Below are positions 37,257-49,559 of a stretch of 64,000 nt of DNA, one piece after another. Below the pieces are notes generated by a model, which saw only the letters and a program-made list of their open reading frames with translations, searched no databases and was not told the origin of the DNA. Numbering within the stretch: the stretch's first letter is position 1; each line of letters opens with the position of its first letter. The stretch is taken from contig NC_086108.1 in assembly GCF_963921235.1 (NCBI RefSeq), positions 108,874,001 to 108,938,000 of the forward strand. Direction: 5' to 3'. The translations under genes and the position numbers were made by a program. The stretch is from Mobula hypostoma (Eukaryota).

Positions 37257-37803
37257 CATTCAGTGGCCACTTTCTTTGGAACCTTCTGAGCCTAAAAAAT
37301 GGCCATTAAGTGTATGTTCATGGTCTTCTGCTGCTGTGGCCCATCTACTTCAAGGTTTTTTGTGTTGTGTGTTTAAGAATGCTCTTCTGCAAACCAGTGT
37401 TGTAACACATTCAGGTTACCGTTCAGCTTCTTGTTAGCGTGAACCAGACTGGCCATCTCCTCTGACCTCTCTCATTAACAAGATGTTTTCACCCACAGTT
37501 CTGTCACTCATTGGATGCTTTTTTTTTGTTTCTCGCACCATTCTCTGTAAACCGTAAAGACTGTTGTGTGTGAAAATTGAAATACTCAAACCACCCCATC
37601 TGACATCAACAATCATTCCACAACCAAAGTCACTTTGATCACATTTCTTCCCCATTCTGATGTTTGGTCTGAGCAACAACGGAACCTCTTGACCATGTCT
37701 GCATGCTTTTATACATTGAATTGCTGCAACTTGATTGGCTGATTAGATATTTGCATTTATGAGCAGGTGTAAAAAATGTACCTAATAAGGTGGCCACGGA
37801 GCG
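37257..37803 (-). mobile_element. Internally deleted Tc1-like element (HTH only)
   Basis: ORF 37434-37679 MGKKCDQSDFGCGMIV; same TIRs as 21274-21824. Confidence 0.8.
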
Positions 37804-37850
37804 TATGTAATAAATTTTAGATTCCACGCTGTATATACAAGAGATTCTGA

Positions 37851-38140
37851 AGCACGGTGGTGTAGCAGTTAGCACATTGTCTTAACATGCTAGCGATCAG
37901 CAGTCAGGGTTTAGTTCCGGTGTTGTCTGTAAGGAGTTTATACGTTCCCCTTGTGACTACGTGGGTTTCCTTGTGCATTCCAAAGATGGATGGTTATGAC
38001 TGGTAAATTGTGTGTCTGTTATGTTCGCTCTGGAAGCTCGGCGACATTTGCGGGCTGCCCCCACTCCATCCTGACTGATTTGATTTAATGCAAATGGCAC
38101 ATTTTACTGTACCTGTGACAAATAAAGCTAATTTATTTAA
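37851..38140 (+). mobile_element. V-SINE-type SINE, diverged
   Basis: tRNA-like head and GTAAGGAGTTTATACGTTC V-domain-like core. Confidence 0.65.
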
Positions 38141-38142
38141 AA

Positions 38143-38305
38143 GATGTTGGAAATCTTGGACAGTACATACAAAGTGCTGGGGGAACTCAGCAGGTCAGGT
38201 AGCATCTATATGGACAGTCGACGTTTTGGGCTGAGGCCCTCAATCAGGGCCTCGCCGTAGATGCTGCCTGACCTGCTGGGTTCCTGCACCATCTTGAGTG
38301 TGTTC
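38143..38305. mobile_element. Old head-to-head PLE pLTR hairpin
   Basis: GAACTCAGCAGGTCAGGTAGCATCTA ... TAGATGCTGCCTGACCTGCTGGGTTC inverted arms. Confidence 0.65.
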
Positions 38306-38454
38306 TCAACTGTTCAGCGCAATGTCTTGCTCTGAAGGGCTTGATCCTTTGCAGTACTGTTTTCTATGATACACATCAGCCGTGTCTTCCAGTGTCCTGT
38401 TCTCAGTATTACTTTTATTTACAATTTGTCTTCTTTTGCACATTGGTTATTTGT

Positions 38455-38757
38455 CAACACAAGAGATTCTATAGATGCTGGAAATCCAGAGCAACAGACA
38501 CAAAATACTGGAGGAACTTAGCAGCATCTATGAAGAGGAACAAACTGTGGATGTTTCTGGCCAAGGCCCTTCATCAGGCTGGAACAGCATTCAGTAATTG
38601 ATGGGCATCTCATTTCAAATGTTGAAAAATGTCTTTACACACTGGTAGGTTATCAAAGCTGTGGAAATGTTACAGCAGATTGGAAATGAAACAGTGTTCA
38701 CTGTTGCTGAGATTAACCATTCTCTCTCTCTCTCCCCCTCTATCTTTCTCTGTCTCT

Positions 38758-38795
<38 letters not shown>

Positions 38796-38905
38796 TTCTA
38801 TCTCTCTTTCTCTTTCCGCTATGAGGCAAATCCAATCAGCCAGCATTCTGAATGATTGAAGATAGGCAGAGCCAAAGTGAACTCTCCATTGCTATCACCA
38901 GAGTC
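38455..38905 (-). mobile_element. PLE pLTR joined to the same cargo as at 23633-23900
   Basis: Shared junction ATCAGGC..GAACAG..TTCAGTAATTGATGGGCA.CTCATTTCAA; (CT)n expanded in this copy. Confidence 0.75.
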
Positions 38906-39377
38906 ACCCTGATTCCAGTCCCTTCAGGCACAGATCCCCACTGGGAAAGGAGATTAACAAATTTACCTTTCCACCCCTAGGATTTAACCTGCTTTGTATA
39001 ACAGAGCAAAAAGGCAATTGTGTCCAAATTTCTCACAGCCCTCCCCCTTTCTCTCTCTTTTCCTCTCCCCATTCTGATTCTTGCTTTCACCCCTTCTCCT
39101 CATCTGCCCATCACCTCCCTCTGCCTCCCCTCCTCCTGTCCTATCTCCTCTCCTATCAGATACCTTCTTCTTTAGCTCTTCACCTCTTACACCTATCACC
39201 TCCCTGCTTCTTACTTCATGCCCCTTCTCCCCCCCAACTACCTACAGTCCCCCTCAGCTGTCTCACCTACCTCCTGCCAGCATGGTCTCCTATTCCTATC
39301 CCCCTTCTTACTCCAGCTTTTGCCCTTTACTTTTCCAGTCTTGATGAGGAGTTTCAGCCCCAAGCCACCTTCTAGAA

Positions 39378-39457
39378 CAGGAGTTCCCAAACTGGGGTCC
39401 ATGGACCCCTCAGCTAACGGTACGTGTCCATGGCATAAAGCAGGTTGGGAACCCCTG
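39378..39457. mobile_element. 80-bp hAT (Charlie-like) MITE
   Basis: TIRs CAGGAGTTCCCAA / TTGGGAACCCCTG; 8-bp flanks TTCTAGAA / TTCTGGAT; partial second copy at ~6893-6928. Confidence 0.75.
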
Positions 39458-40238
39458 TTCTGGATCATCGAACAAACAGCAGAGGAGCAGTCTCTTCAGC
39501 CCACGACGTTGTATCGAACCAAATAAGTTAATGATGAAATGGGGACAACTAAACTAACCCATTCTGTCCACACAATGTCCATATCCTTCCATTCTCCTCA
39601 CATTCATGTGCAAATCTTAACATCTCTTGAATGTCTGTCACACATCTGCATCTACTGTACCACCACCCCATGCAGAGCATTCTAGGAACCCCCTACTCTC
39701 TGTGTAAGAAACTTGCCCCTCACATCTTCTTTGAAATTGCTCCCTCTCACCTGAAAAGCATGCCCTCTGGTATTCAAGATTCCAATCCTGGGAAAAAGAG
39801 GCTGTTTGTCCACTCAACTATGCCTTTCATAATCCTATAAACCTCTGTCTTGTGGCAATTCGTCCCATATACTGACCACCTCTGGGTAAAATAATTACAC
39901 ATCAAGCTTCTTATTAAATCTCTCCCCTCTCATTTTTAAGCTATGCATCTATCTCTTCGTTCCTTAACCCTGATGGCATTATCCTTATCTATGCCTCTTA
40001 TGATTTAGTACATTTCCATATCATCCAAAGCTCCAATGGATAAAGTCTTCGCCTGTTCAGCTTCTCTCTACATCTCGGTCATGGCCCCCAGGAAACGCCC
40101 TCTTCCAGTTACTACCATTAGAGAGGAGGCACAACTTCTTTCGCTCCGAATTCAGGTTTCTGAACACACAATGACCCCATGAACACTACCTCACTAACTT
40201 TCTGCTCTCTTTGTGTATTACTTATTTAATTATATATA

Positions 40239-40302
40239 CACTGCGCAAAAGATTTAAGTATGTATATATAGCTCGGGTGCCTAAGACTTTTGCACAGTAC
40301 TA
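40239..40302. mobile_element. Solo Tc1-like TIR-only mini-MITE
   Basis: CACTGCGCAAAAG...GTGCCTAAGACTTTTGCACAGTACT, same family as 3899-3964. Confidence 0.7.
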
Positions 40303-40397
40303 TATAGATATAGAAAGATAGAAACATAGTGTATGCAACACACACAAAAAATGCTGGTGAATGCAGCAGGCCAGGCAGCATCTCTAGGAAGAGGTAT

Positions 40398-40433
40398 AGC
40401 CAACGTTTCGGGCCGAGACCCTTCGTCAGGACT
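40398..40433 (-). ncRNA. Minimal hammerhead motif (PLE pLTR)
   Basis: Reverse complement AGTC-CTGACGA-A-GGGT-CTCG-GCCC-GAAAC-GTT-GGCT. Confidence 0.7.
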
Positions 40434-43010
40434 AACTGAAGGAAGAGCTAGTAAGAGATTTGAAAGTGGGAGGGGGAGGGGGAGATCTGAAATGATAGGA
40501 GAAGACAGGAGGGGGGAGGGATGGAGATAAGAGCTGGACAGTTGATTGGCAAAAGGGATACGAGGCTGGAGAAGGGAGAGAATCATGGGACGGGAGGCCT
40601 AGGGTGGAAGAAAGGGGGAGGGGAAGTCCAGAGGATGGGCAAGGAGTATAGTGAGAGGAACAGAGGAAGAAAAAAAAATTTAATAATAAATAAATAAATA
40701 AATAAATAACAGATAAGGTACAAAGTGGAGGTGGGGCATTCACGGAAGTTAGAGAAGTCAATGTTCATGACATCAGGTTGGAGGCTACCCAGATGGAATA
40801 TAAGGTGTTGTTCCTCCAACCTGAGTGTGGCTTCATCTTTACAGTAGAGGAGGCCGTGGATAGACATGTCAGAATGGGAATGGGACGTGGAATTAAAATG
40901 TGTGGTCACTGGGAGATCCTGCTTTCTCTGGCAGACAGAGCGTAGGTGTTCAGCGAAATGGTCTCCCAGCCTGCGTCGGGTCTTGCCAATACATAGAAGG
41001 CCGCACTGGGAGCACCAGACGCAGTATATCACCCCAGCCAACTCACAGGTGAAGTGTCGCCTCACCTGGAAGGACTGTCTGGGGCCCTGAATGGTGGTAA
41101 GGGAGGAAGTGTAAGGGCATGTGTAGCACTTGTTCCGCTGACAAGGATAAGTGCCAGGAGGGAGATCAGTGGGAAGGGATGGGGGGGAGGAATGGACAAG
41201 GGAGTCGCATAGGGAGCGATCCATGTGGAAAGCGGGGGGGGGTAGGGAAAGATGGGCTTAGTGGTGGGATCCTGTTGGAGGTGGCGGAAGTTACGGAGAA
41301 TTATACGTTGGACCCGGAGGCTGGTGGGGTGGTAGGTGAGGACAAGGGGAACCCTATTCCTAGTGGGGTGACGGGAGGATGGAGTGAGAGCAGATGTGTG
41401 TGAAATGGGAGAAATTATTAAGAGTAAGGACTAATTCCGCTAGATGGAGTAGAGTGGTGGTACAGGGGAACTGGTTACATCGAGAATTTGGTCGATGATA
41501 ATTTCTCCTTTGGCTCCTCCCACTTCCTCCAAACTAAGGGTGTAGCTATGGGCACCCGTATGGGTCCCAGCTATGCCTGCCTTTTTGTTGGCTTTGTGGA
41601 ACAATCCATGTTCCGTGCCTATACTGGTATCTGTCCCCCACTTTTCCTTCGCTACACTGATGACTGCATTGGTGCTGCTTCCTGCACGCATGCTGAGCTC
41701 GTTGACTTCATTTACTTTGCCTCCAACTTTCACCCTGCCATCAAATTTACCTGGTCCATTTCCGACACCTCCCTCCCCTTTCTTGATCTTTCTGTCTCTG
41801 TCTCTGGAGACGGCTTATCTACTGATGTCCACTATAAGCATACAGACTCTCACAGCTCCCTGGACTATTCCTCTTTCCACTATGTCTCTTGCAAAAATGC
41901 CATCCCCTTCTCGCAATTCCTCCGTCTCCACCACATCTGCTCTCAGGATGAGGCTTTTCATTCCAGGACGAAGGAGATGTCCTTTTTTAGAGAAAGGGGC
42001 TTCCCTTCCTGCACCATCAACTCTGCTCTGAAACGCATCTCCCCCATTTCACACACATCGGCTCTCACTCCATCCTCCCGTCACCCCACTAGGAATAGAG
42101 TTTCCCTTGTCCTCACCTACCACCCCACCAGCCTCCGGGCCCAACATATAATTCTCCGTAACTTCCGCCACCTCCAACAGGATCCCACCACTAATTACAT
42201 CTATCTCTCCCCTGTCTCTCTGCTTTCCACAGGGATCGCTCCCTACGCGACTCCCTTGTCCATTCGTCCCCCACATCCCTTCCCACTGATCTCCCTCCCG
42301 GCACTTAACCTTGTAAGCGGAACAAGTGCTACATATGCCCTTACACTTCCACCTCACTACCATTCAAGGCCCCAGACAGTTCTTCCAGGTGAGGCAACAC
42401 TTCACCTGTGAGTCAGCTGGGGTGATATACTGCGTCCGATGCTCCTGATGTGGCCTTCTATATATTGGCGAGACCCGATGCAGACTGGGAGACCGCTTTG
42501 CTGAACACCTAAGCTCTGTCCGCCAGAGAAAGCAGGATCTCCCAGTGGCCACACATTTTAATTCCATGTCCCATTCCCATTCTGATATGCCTATCCACGG
42601 CCTCCTCTACTGTCAAGATGAAGCCACAATCAGGTTGGAGGAACAACACCTTATATTCCATCTGGGTAGCCTCCAACCTGATGGCATGAACATTGACTTC
42701 TCTATCTTCCGTTAATGCCTCACCTTCCCTTCGTGCCCCATCCATTATTTATTTATTTATTTATTTTTCTTTCTCTCTCCATTTTCTCCCTCTGTCCCTC
42801 TCATTATACTCCTTGCCCATCCTCTGGGCTTTCCCCCCTCCCCCTTTTCCTTCTCCCTCGGCCTCCTGTCCCATGATCCTCTCATATCCCTTTTGCCAAT
42901 CACCTGTCCAGCTCTTGGCTCCATCCCTCCCCCTCCTGTCTTCTCCTATCATTTTGGATCTCCCCCTCCCCGTCCCACTTTCAAATCTCTTACTATCTCT
43001 TCTTTCAGTT

Positions 43011-43046
43011 AGTCCTGACGAAGGGCCTCAGCCCGAAACATCGACT
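43011..43046 (+). ncRNA. Minimal hammerhead motif (PLE pLTR)
   Basis: AGTC-CTGACGA-A-GGGC-CTCA-GCCC-GAAAC-ATC-GACT; perfect stem II, but ACGT palindrome mutated. Confidence 0.6.
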
Positions 43047-43359
43047 GTACCTCTTCCTAGACATGCTGCCTGGCCTGCTGTGTTCACCAGCATTTTTTTG
43101 TGTGTGTTGCTTGAAATTCCAGCATCTGCACATTTCCTCGTGTTTGCGAACACAGTATATGCGCGTGTTTCTGTTTACTGTATTTGTGTGTATGTGTGTA
43201 TATATATATATATAGTATATTTATGTATTTTTTGTATTGCACTATAATGCAGTAACAAAACAACAAATTTCTCAACATACGCCAGTCATTTTAATCTGAT
43301 TCTGCTTATTTAAGCCCCTACAAGCCTTAGTATGCATGGATCTAAAAACATTCATTAAT

Positions 43360-44798
43360 ATTGGTGAGACCCGACGCAGACTGGGAGACCGCTTTGCTGA
43401 ACATCTACGCTCTGTCCGCCAGAGAAAGCAGGATCTCCCAGTGGCCACACATTTTAATTCCACATCCCATTCCCATTCTGACATGTCTATCCACGGCATC
43501 CTCTACTGTAAAGATGAAGCCACACTCAGGTTGGAGGAACAACACCTTATATTCCGTCTGGGTAGCCTCCAACCTGATGGCATGAACATCGACTTCTCTA
43601 ACTTCTGCTAAGGCCCCACCTCCCCCCGTACCCCATCTGTTACTCATTTTTATGCACACATTCTTTCTCTCACTCTCCTTTTTCTCCCTCTGTCCCTCTG
43701 AATATACCTCTTGCCCATCCTCTGGGTCACCCCCCCTCCTTGTCTTTCTTCCCGGACCTCCTGTCCCATGATCCTCTCGTATCCCCTTTTGCCTATCACC
43801 TGTCCAGCTCTTGGCTCCATCCCTCCCCCTCCTGTCTTCTCCTATCATTTGCATCTACTGAATGTTGTAAGGACTAGATGGGGTGGAGGTGGAGAGGATG
43901 TTTTTTATGGTGGGGGTGTACAGAACTAGAGGGCACAGCCTCATAATTAAGGGATGATCTTTTAGAAGAGAGGTAAGGAGGAATTTTTTTAGCTAGAGAA
44001 TAGTAAATCTGTAGTACCCTCTGCCACAGACTGCGGTGGAAGCCAAGTCCGTGTGTATATTTAAGGCAGAAGTTGATCGTTTCCTGATTGATTGGGGCAT
44101 CAAAGGATATGGCGAGAAGGCGAGTATTTGGGGTTGAATGGGATCCAGGATCAGCCATGATGGAATGGCGGAGCAGACTCGATGGGCTGAATGGCCTTTT
44201 TCTGCTCTTATGTCTTATGGTCTAATTGTCTAACAGCCACAGCAGAAGGCTGGCGTTCTCCTCTTTCCGACAGAGTGCTCGGGAGATTCAGCCCGCTCCT
44301 CGAACCATAACGCCAGAGATTTCACTTTGTTCTCAGCTGGTGGGGATTTATTTGTTTGTTGCTTTGGGCTGGTTGTAGATGCAGAGCTGAATGAGTGGGT
44401 GGAATGCAATATTCCAAGGCTCTAACGGGTGCACTCCGTGGCTTCTGACAGCAGTGCACCACTCACACCGCAGTTTGGTCCCAGCTTGTTCATTACACCC
44501 AGGGTTGGTTGTCTAAACAAGTGGGTGGAGGAGACAAAAGTGGACCACAAGCATACTCTTTAATCTAACAAAATTAATGAATAACAACAGGAATTCTGCA
44601 GATGCTGGAAATTCAAGCAACATACATCAAAGTTGCTGGTGAACGCAGCAGGCCAAGCAGCATCTATAGGAAGAGGCGTGTCTCGGCCTGAAACGTCGAC
44701 TGCGCCTCTTCCTTTAGATGCTGCTTGGCCTGCTGCATTCACCAGCAACTTTGATGTATGTTGCTTGAATTTCCAGCATCTGCAGAATTCCTGTTGTT
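43360..44798 (+). mobile_element. Penelope-like element, 5'-truncated, containing an inverted duplication
   Basis: ORF 43336-43611 IGETRRRLGDRFAEHLRSV..NGMN-like end; tail ends at 44798; TSD ATTCATTAAT (43350-43359 / 44799-44808), 13/14 if extended. Confidence 0.85.
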
Positions 44799-45527
44799 AT
44801 TCATTAATTTTGTTAGATTAAAGAGTATGCTTGTGGTCCACTTTTGTCTCCTCCACCCACTTGTTTAGACAACCAACCCTGGGTGTAATGAACAAGCTGG
44901 GACCAAACTGCGGTGTGAGTGGTGCACTGCTGTCAGAAGCCACGGAGTGCACCCGTTAGAGCCTTGGAATATTGCATTCCACCCACTCATTCAGCTCTGC
45001 ATCTACAACCAGCCCAAAGCAACAAACAAATAAATCCCCACCAGCTGAGAACAAAATGAAATCTCTGGCGTTATGGTTCGAGGAGCGGGCTGAATCTCCC
45101 GAGCACTCTGTCGGAAAGAAGAGAACGCCAGCCTTCTGCTGTGGCTGTTAGACAATTAGACCATAAGACATAAGAGCAGAAAAAGGCCATTCAGCCCATC
45201 GAGTCTGCTCCGCCATTCCATCATGGCTGATCCTGGATCCCATTCAACCCCAAACACTTGCCTTCTCGCCATATCCTTTGATGCCCCAATCGATCAGGAA
45301 ACGATCAATTTCTGCCTTAAATATACACACGGACTTGGCTTCCACCGCAGTCTGTGGCAGAGGGTACTACAGATTTACTATTCTCTAGCTAAAAAAATTC
45401 CTCCTTACCTCTCTTCTAAAAGATCATCCCTTAATTATGAGGCTGTGCCCTCTAGTTCTGTACACCCCCACCATAAAAAAACATCCTCTCCACCTCCACC
45501 CTATCTAGTCCTTACAACGTTCAGTAG
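43855..45527. repeat. Long near-perfect inverted repeat (arms 43855-44678 and 44703-45527, 24-bp spacer)
   Basis: Arms are reverse complements with roughly ten substitutions and one indel counted by eye; mirrored ORF pairs in the track (43874/45223, 44560/44633). Confidence 0.95.
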
Positions 45528-48255
45528 GTTTAAATGAGATCCCCCCACATTCTTCTAAATTCCAATGAGTACAGGCCCAAAGCTGTCAAACGCTCCTCAT
45601 AAGTTAACTCCTTCACTCCCTGAATCATCCTCATGAACTTCCTCTGGTCCCTCTCCATTAACAACACATTCTCTCTGAGATATAGGGCCCAAAACTGTTG
45701 ACAATACTCAGTGAGGCCTGACTAGTCTCTTATGAATGTTCAGCATTATTTCCTTGCTTTTATATTCTATTCCCCATGAAATAAATGCCGACATTGTATT
45801 TGCCTTCTTTATCACAGGCTCAACTTGTAAATTAACCTTCTGAGAGTCTTGCATGAGGATTCCTGAGTCCCACAGCCCCTCTTAAGTTTGAACCTTCTCC
45901 TCATTTAGATAATAGTCTGTGGGCTGAAGGGCCTGTATTGTGCTGTAGGTTTTCTGTGTTTCTATGTCTGCACTATTGTTCCTTTTACCAAAATGTATTA
46001 TCATACATTTTGCAACACTGTATTCCATCTGCCACTTATTTGCCCATTCTTCCAATTTGCCTAAATTCTGCTATAATCACATTGCTTCCTCAACACTACC
46101 AGCCCCTCCACCTATCTTCGTTTCATTCCCAAACTTTGCCTCAAAGCCATCAATTCTATTTTCTTAATCATTAACAAACAATGTGAAAAGCAGTGGCCCC
46201 AATACTGACTCCTGAGGAACACCACGAGTCACTGGCAGCCAACCAGAAAAGGCCCCTTTTATTCCCACTAGCTTCCTTCTGCCTGTCAGCCATTCCTCTA
46301 TCCATGACAGTATCTCTCCTGTAACGCCACAGGATTTTATCTTGTTAAACAGCCTCATGTGTGGCATCTTATTAAATGGCTTCTGAAAATCAAAGTAAAT
46401 GACATCCACTGCCTCTCCTTTGTCCACCTTGCTTGTTACTTCCAAAAAAAAGATTTGTCAGGCAAAATTTCCCTTGACAGAAACCATGCTGACTTTGACT
46501 TATTTTATCATTCGTCTCCAAGTGCCTCAAAACGTCATCCTTAATAATAGACTCCAACACTTTTCCAACCACTGAGGTTAGGTTGGCTAGCCTATAATTT
46601 TCCTTCATTTGCCTTCCTCCTTTCTTAGGGAGTGGAGTGACATTTGCAATTGTTTGGGACCATGACAAAATCAAATGATTCTTGAAAGAACATGACCAAT
46701 ACATCTGTGATCTCTTCAACAACCTCTCTCAGGACTCTGGGATGTAGTCCATCTGGTCCAGGTGACTTATCCACCTTAAGACCTTTGAGTTTGCCTTGAA
46801 CTTTTTCCTTTGTAATAGCAATGTCACTCATTCCTGCTCCCTGACACTCATGGACCTCTGGCACACTGCTAGCATCTTCCACAGTGAAGACAGATGCAAA
46901 GTACCCATTAAGTTCATCTGCCATTTCTTTGCCCCCCATTACTACCTCACCAGCATCATTTTCCAGTTATCAATATCAACACTCACTCTTTATATAACTG
47001 AAAAAGTTTTTGGTATCCTGCTTTATATTATTAGTTAGTCTGCCCTCGTACTTAATCTCTTCCCTTCTTACAGGTTTTTAATTGCCTTCTGTTGGATTTT
47101 AAAAGCTTCCCAATCATAACTTCCCGGTCACTTTTGCTACCTTATATGCCCTTTCTTTGACTTTTATGCAATCCTTAACTTCCCTCAGCAGCCATGGTTG
47201 CCTACTCCTGTCATCTGAGAACTCCTTCCTCTGTGGGACATATCTATCCTGTGCTTTGTGAACTAATCCCAGAAACTTCAGCCACCTTTGCTCTGTCATC
47301 ATTCCCACTAGAATTCTTTTCCAATCCACCCAGACAAGCTCTTCTCTTGTGCCTGTATAATTCCCTTTACTCCCTTTATATAGATACATGTGAGTTGTGC
47401 TTCTCCCTCTCAAATTGCAGTATGAATTCAATCATATTATGATCACATTGTCTCCTAAGGGTTCCTTTACATTAAGCTCGCAAATAAGATCTGGGTTATT
47501 ACACAACACCCAATGTAAGATAGCCTTTCCCCGAACAGGCTCAAACACAAGCTGTTCTAAAAAGCCATCTCATAGGCATTCAACAAATTCCCTCTCTTGC
47601 GATTCAACACCAACCTAATTTTCCCCATCCCCTTGCATGTTGAAGTCCCCCATTACAATTATGTCATTACCCTTGTTACATGTCTTTTCCAGCTCCCTTT
47701 GCAATCTCAACCCTACATCTTGTCAACTATTTGGAGGCTGTAATTGATTTCCATAATTTTTTTTTACCTTTGCAATTTCTTAACTCCACCCACAAAAATT
47801 CAACATTCTCTAATCCAATGTCACATCTTTCGAAAGATGTAATTCTATCTCTTACCAACAGAGCCACATCACCATCTGTGCCTTCTTGCCAGTCCTTTCT
47901 ATACAAAGTATATCCTTTGATGTTAAGCTCCCAACTATGGCCTTCTTTCAGTCACGACTCAGTGATGCCCACAATGTCATACCCACCAATCTCTAATTGG
48001 GCCACGAGTCTGTCCACCTTATTCCGAGTGCTATGCACAATTTAATACAGCACCTTCAATCCTGAATTCTTTGCCCTTTTGAATTTTGCCTCTGTGGTAC
48101 AACTTAACTCTTTGCTCTGTCTGCATTTGTACCCAATCGTTGGCTTGTCCTTCCTCACATTCATGTTACACCCATCATCTACTTGTGAACCTGCTGGCTC
48201 ATCCTCAGCTCTATCATACTGATTCCCATCCTCCTGCCATATTAGTTTCAACAGA
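45159..48255 (-). mobile_element. Old CR1 LINE with nearly complete, degenerate ORF2 (APE endonuclease + RT)
   Basis: LKVLY..VGITESWL endonuclease start near 47950-48060; DKSPGPDGLHPRVL, NYRLANLTS, GVPQESVLGP; 3' UTR at 45159. Confidence 0.9.
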
Positions 48256-48357
48256 TTGTTAGTGAACATCCACCAAGTATGGAAATTTGATTTGGGGAGA
48301 AATGTTTTTTTAAATTCAGGATGAGTAAATCTGGGGTTTATTTCTCATTTGAAGTTT

Positions 48358-48620
48358 GGGACGGCACAGATCTGGTCGTTTGGAATTCTGAGTTCAATTC
48401 TAACACCATCTGTGAGGAGTTTGTGTGGTCTCCCTTTCACAGTGTGAGTTTCCTTTGGGTGCTCTGGTTTCCTCCCACAGTCCAAAGACATACTGTCTAG
48501 AAAGTTAGTTGGTCATTGTAAATTGTCTTGTGATTAGACTGGGGTTAAATAGGTGGGTTGCTGGGCAACGTGGCTTGTTGGGCTGGAAGAGCTTGTTCTA
48601 TGCTGTATCTCTAAATAAGT
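48358..48620 (+). mobile_element. V-SINE-type SINE
   Basis: GGGTGCTCTGGTTTCCTCCCACAGTCCAAAGAC core. Confidence 0.7.
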
Positions 48621-49035
48621 AAAGACGATGGTGGTGAACAGCTTAAATAAACTGATGCAGTCCATATGAAAGGGATGTTTCCACAAAACATTAACACAAG
48701 TGACTCTGCAGATGCTGGACATTCAGATTAACACACACAAAATGCTGAAGGAGCTCAAAAGGTCAGGCAGCATCTATGGGCAGGAATAAACTGCTGACAT
48801 TTTGGGCTGAGATCTTTCATCAGAACAGGAAAGGAAGGAGGAAGAAGCCTTTATTATATTTAATTTTGCTGTTTTTTTGTGTTTTTTTCTTTTTGTACTT
48901 GCACTTTTGTTGTCCTTTGTATATTGGTTGTTTGTTCATCCTGTTGTCTGCGGTTTTTCACTGATTCTATTGTTTCTTTGTAATTACTGCGAATGCCCAC
49001 AAGAAAATGAATCTTTGGATAGTATAGGGTAACAT

Positions 49036-49343
49036 GTGGCCAAGAGGTTAAGGCATTGGACTAGCAACCTGAAGGTCGTGAGTTCGAGCCCCAGCCGAGG
49101 CAACGTGTGTTGTGTCCTTGAGCAAGGCACTTAATCACACATTGCTCTGCCACGACACTGGTGCCAAGCTGTATGGGTCCTAATGCCCTTCCCTTGGACA
49201 ACATTCGTGTCATGGAGAGGGAGACTTGCAGCATGGGCAACTGCTGGTCTTCCATACAACCTTGCCCAGGCCTGCACGCTGGAGAGTGAAGACTTTCCAG
49301 GCACAGATCCATGGTCTCGCAAGACTAACGGATGCCTTTGCTT
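49036..49343 (+). mobile_element. tRNA-derived SINE (family A)
   Basis: A/B boxes; TSD TATAGGGTAACAT (49023-49035 / 49344-49356). Confidence 0.9.
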
Positions 49344-49559
49344 TATAGGGTAACATTTGTATTTTGATAATAAATTTACTTTGAACTTTGAATAAGAAGT
49401 GGGTTGAGGTGGAGAAGTATAAGCTGGCACAAGATAGGTGAGATGAGGTGAGGGGGAAGCTGAGTGGAGGAGGGGGGATGAAATAAGAAGGTGGGAGAGG
49501 AGAGGTGGAATAGATAAAGGGCTGCATAAGGAGGTGTCTAATAGGAGAGGACAGTGGAA

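Larger units (their letters stand above)
40337..43148 (+). mobile_element. Penelope-like element with inverted 5' partial copy (minus arm 40337-~41478, plus copy ~41496-43148)
   Basis: ORF 41488-42411 QTKGVAMGT..LFLRYTDD RT; GIY-YIG GVIYCV.CS.CGLLYIGET; probable TSD AACATAGTGTATGC / AACACAGTATATGC (40323-40336 / 43149-43162). Confidence 0.92.

Noticed and set aside
41413..41495. Foreign cargo between the inverted PLE arms
   Set aside because: Most of it reads as PLE RT sequence on the minus strand
43855..45527. Palindrome as a pure read-foldback artefact
   Set aside because: Arms differ at about ten positions including CpG-type transitions, and the enclosing PLE has a consistent TSD; read-level confirmation is still needed
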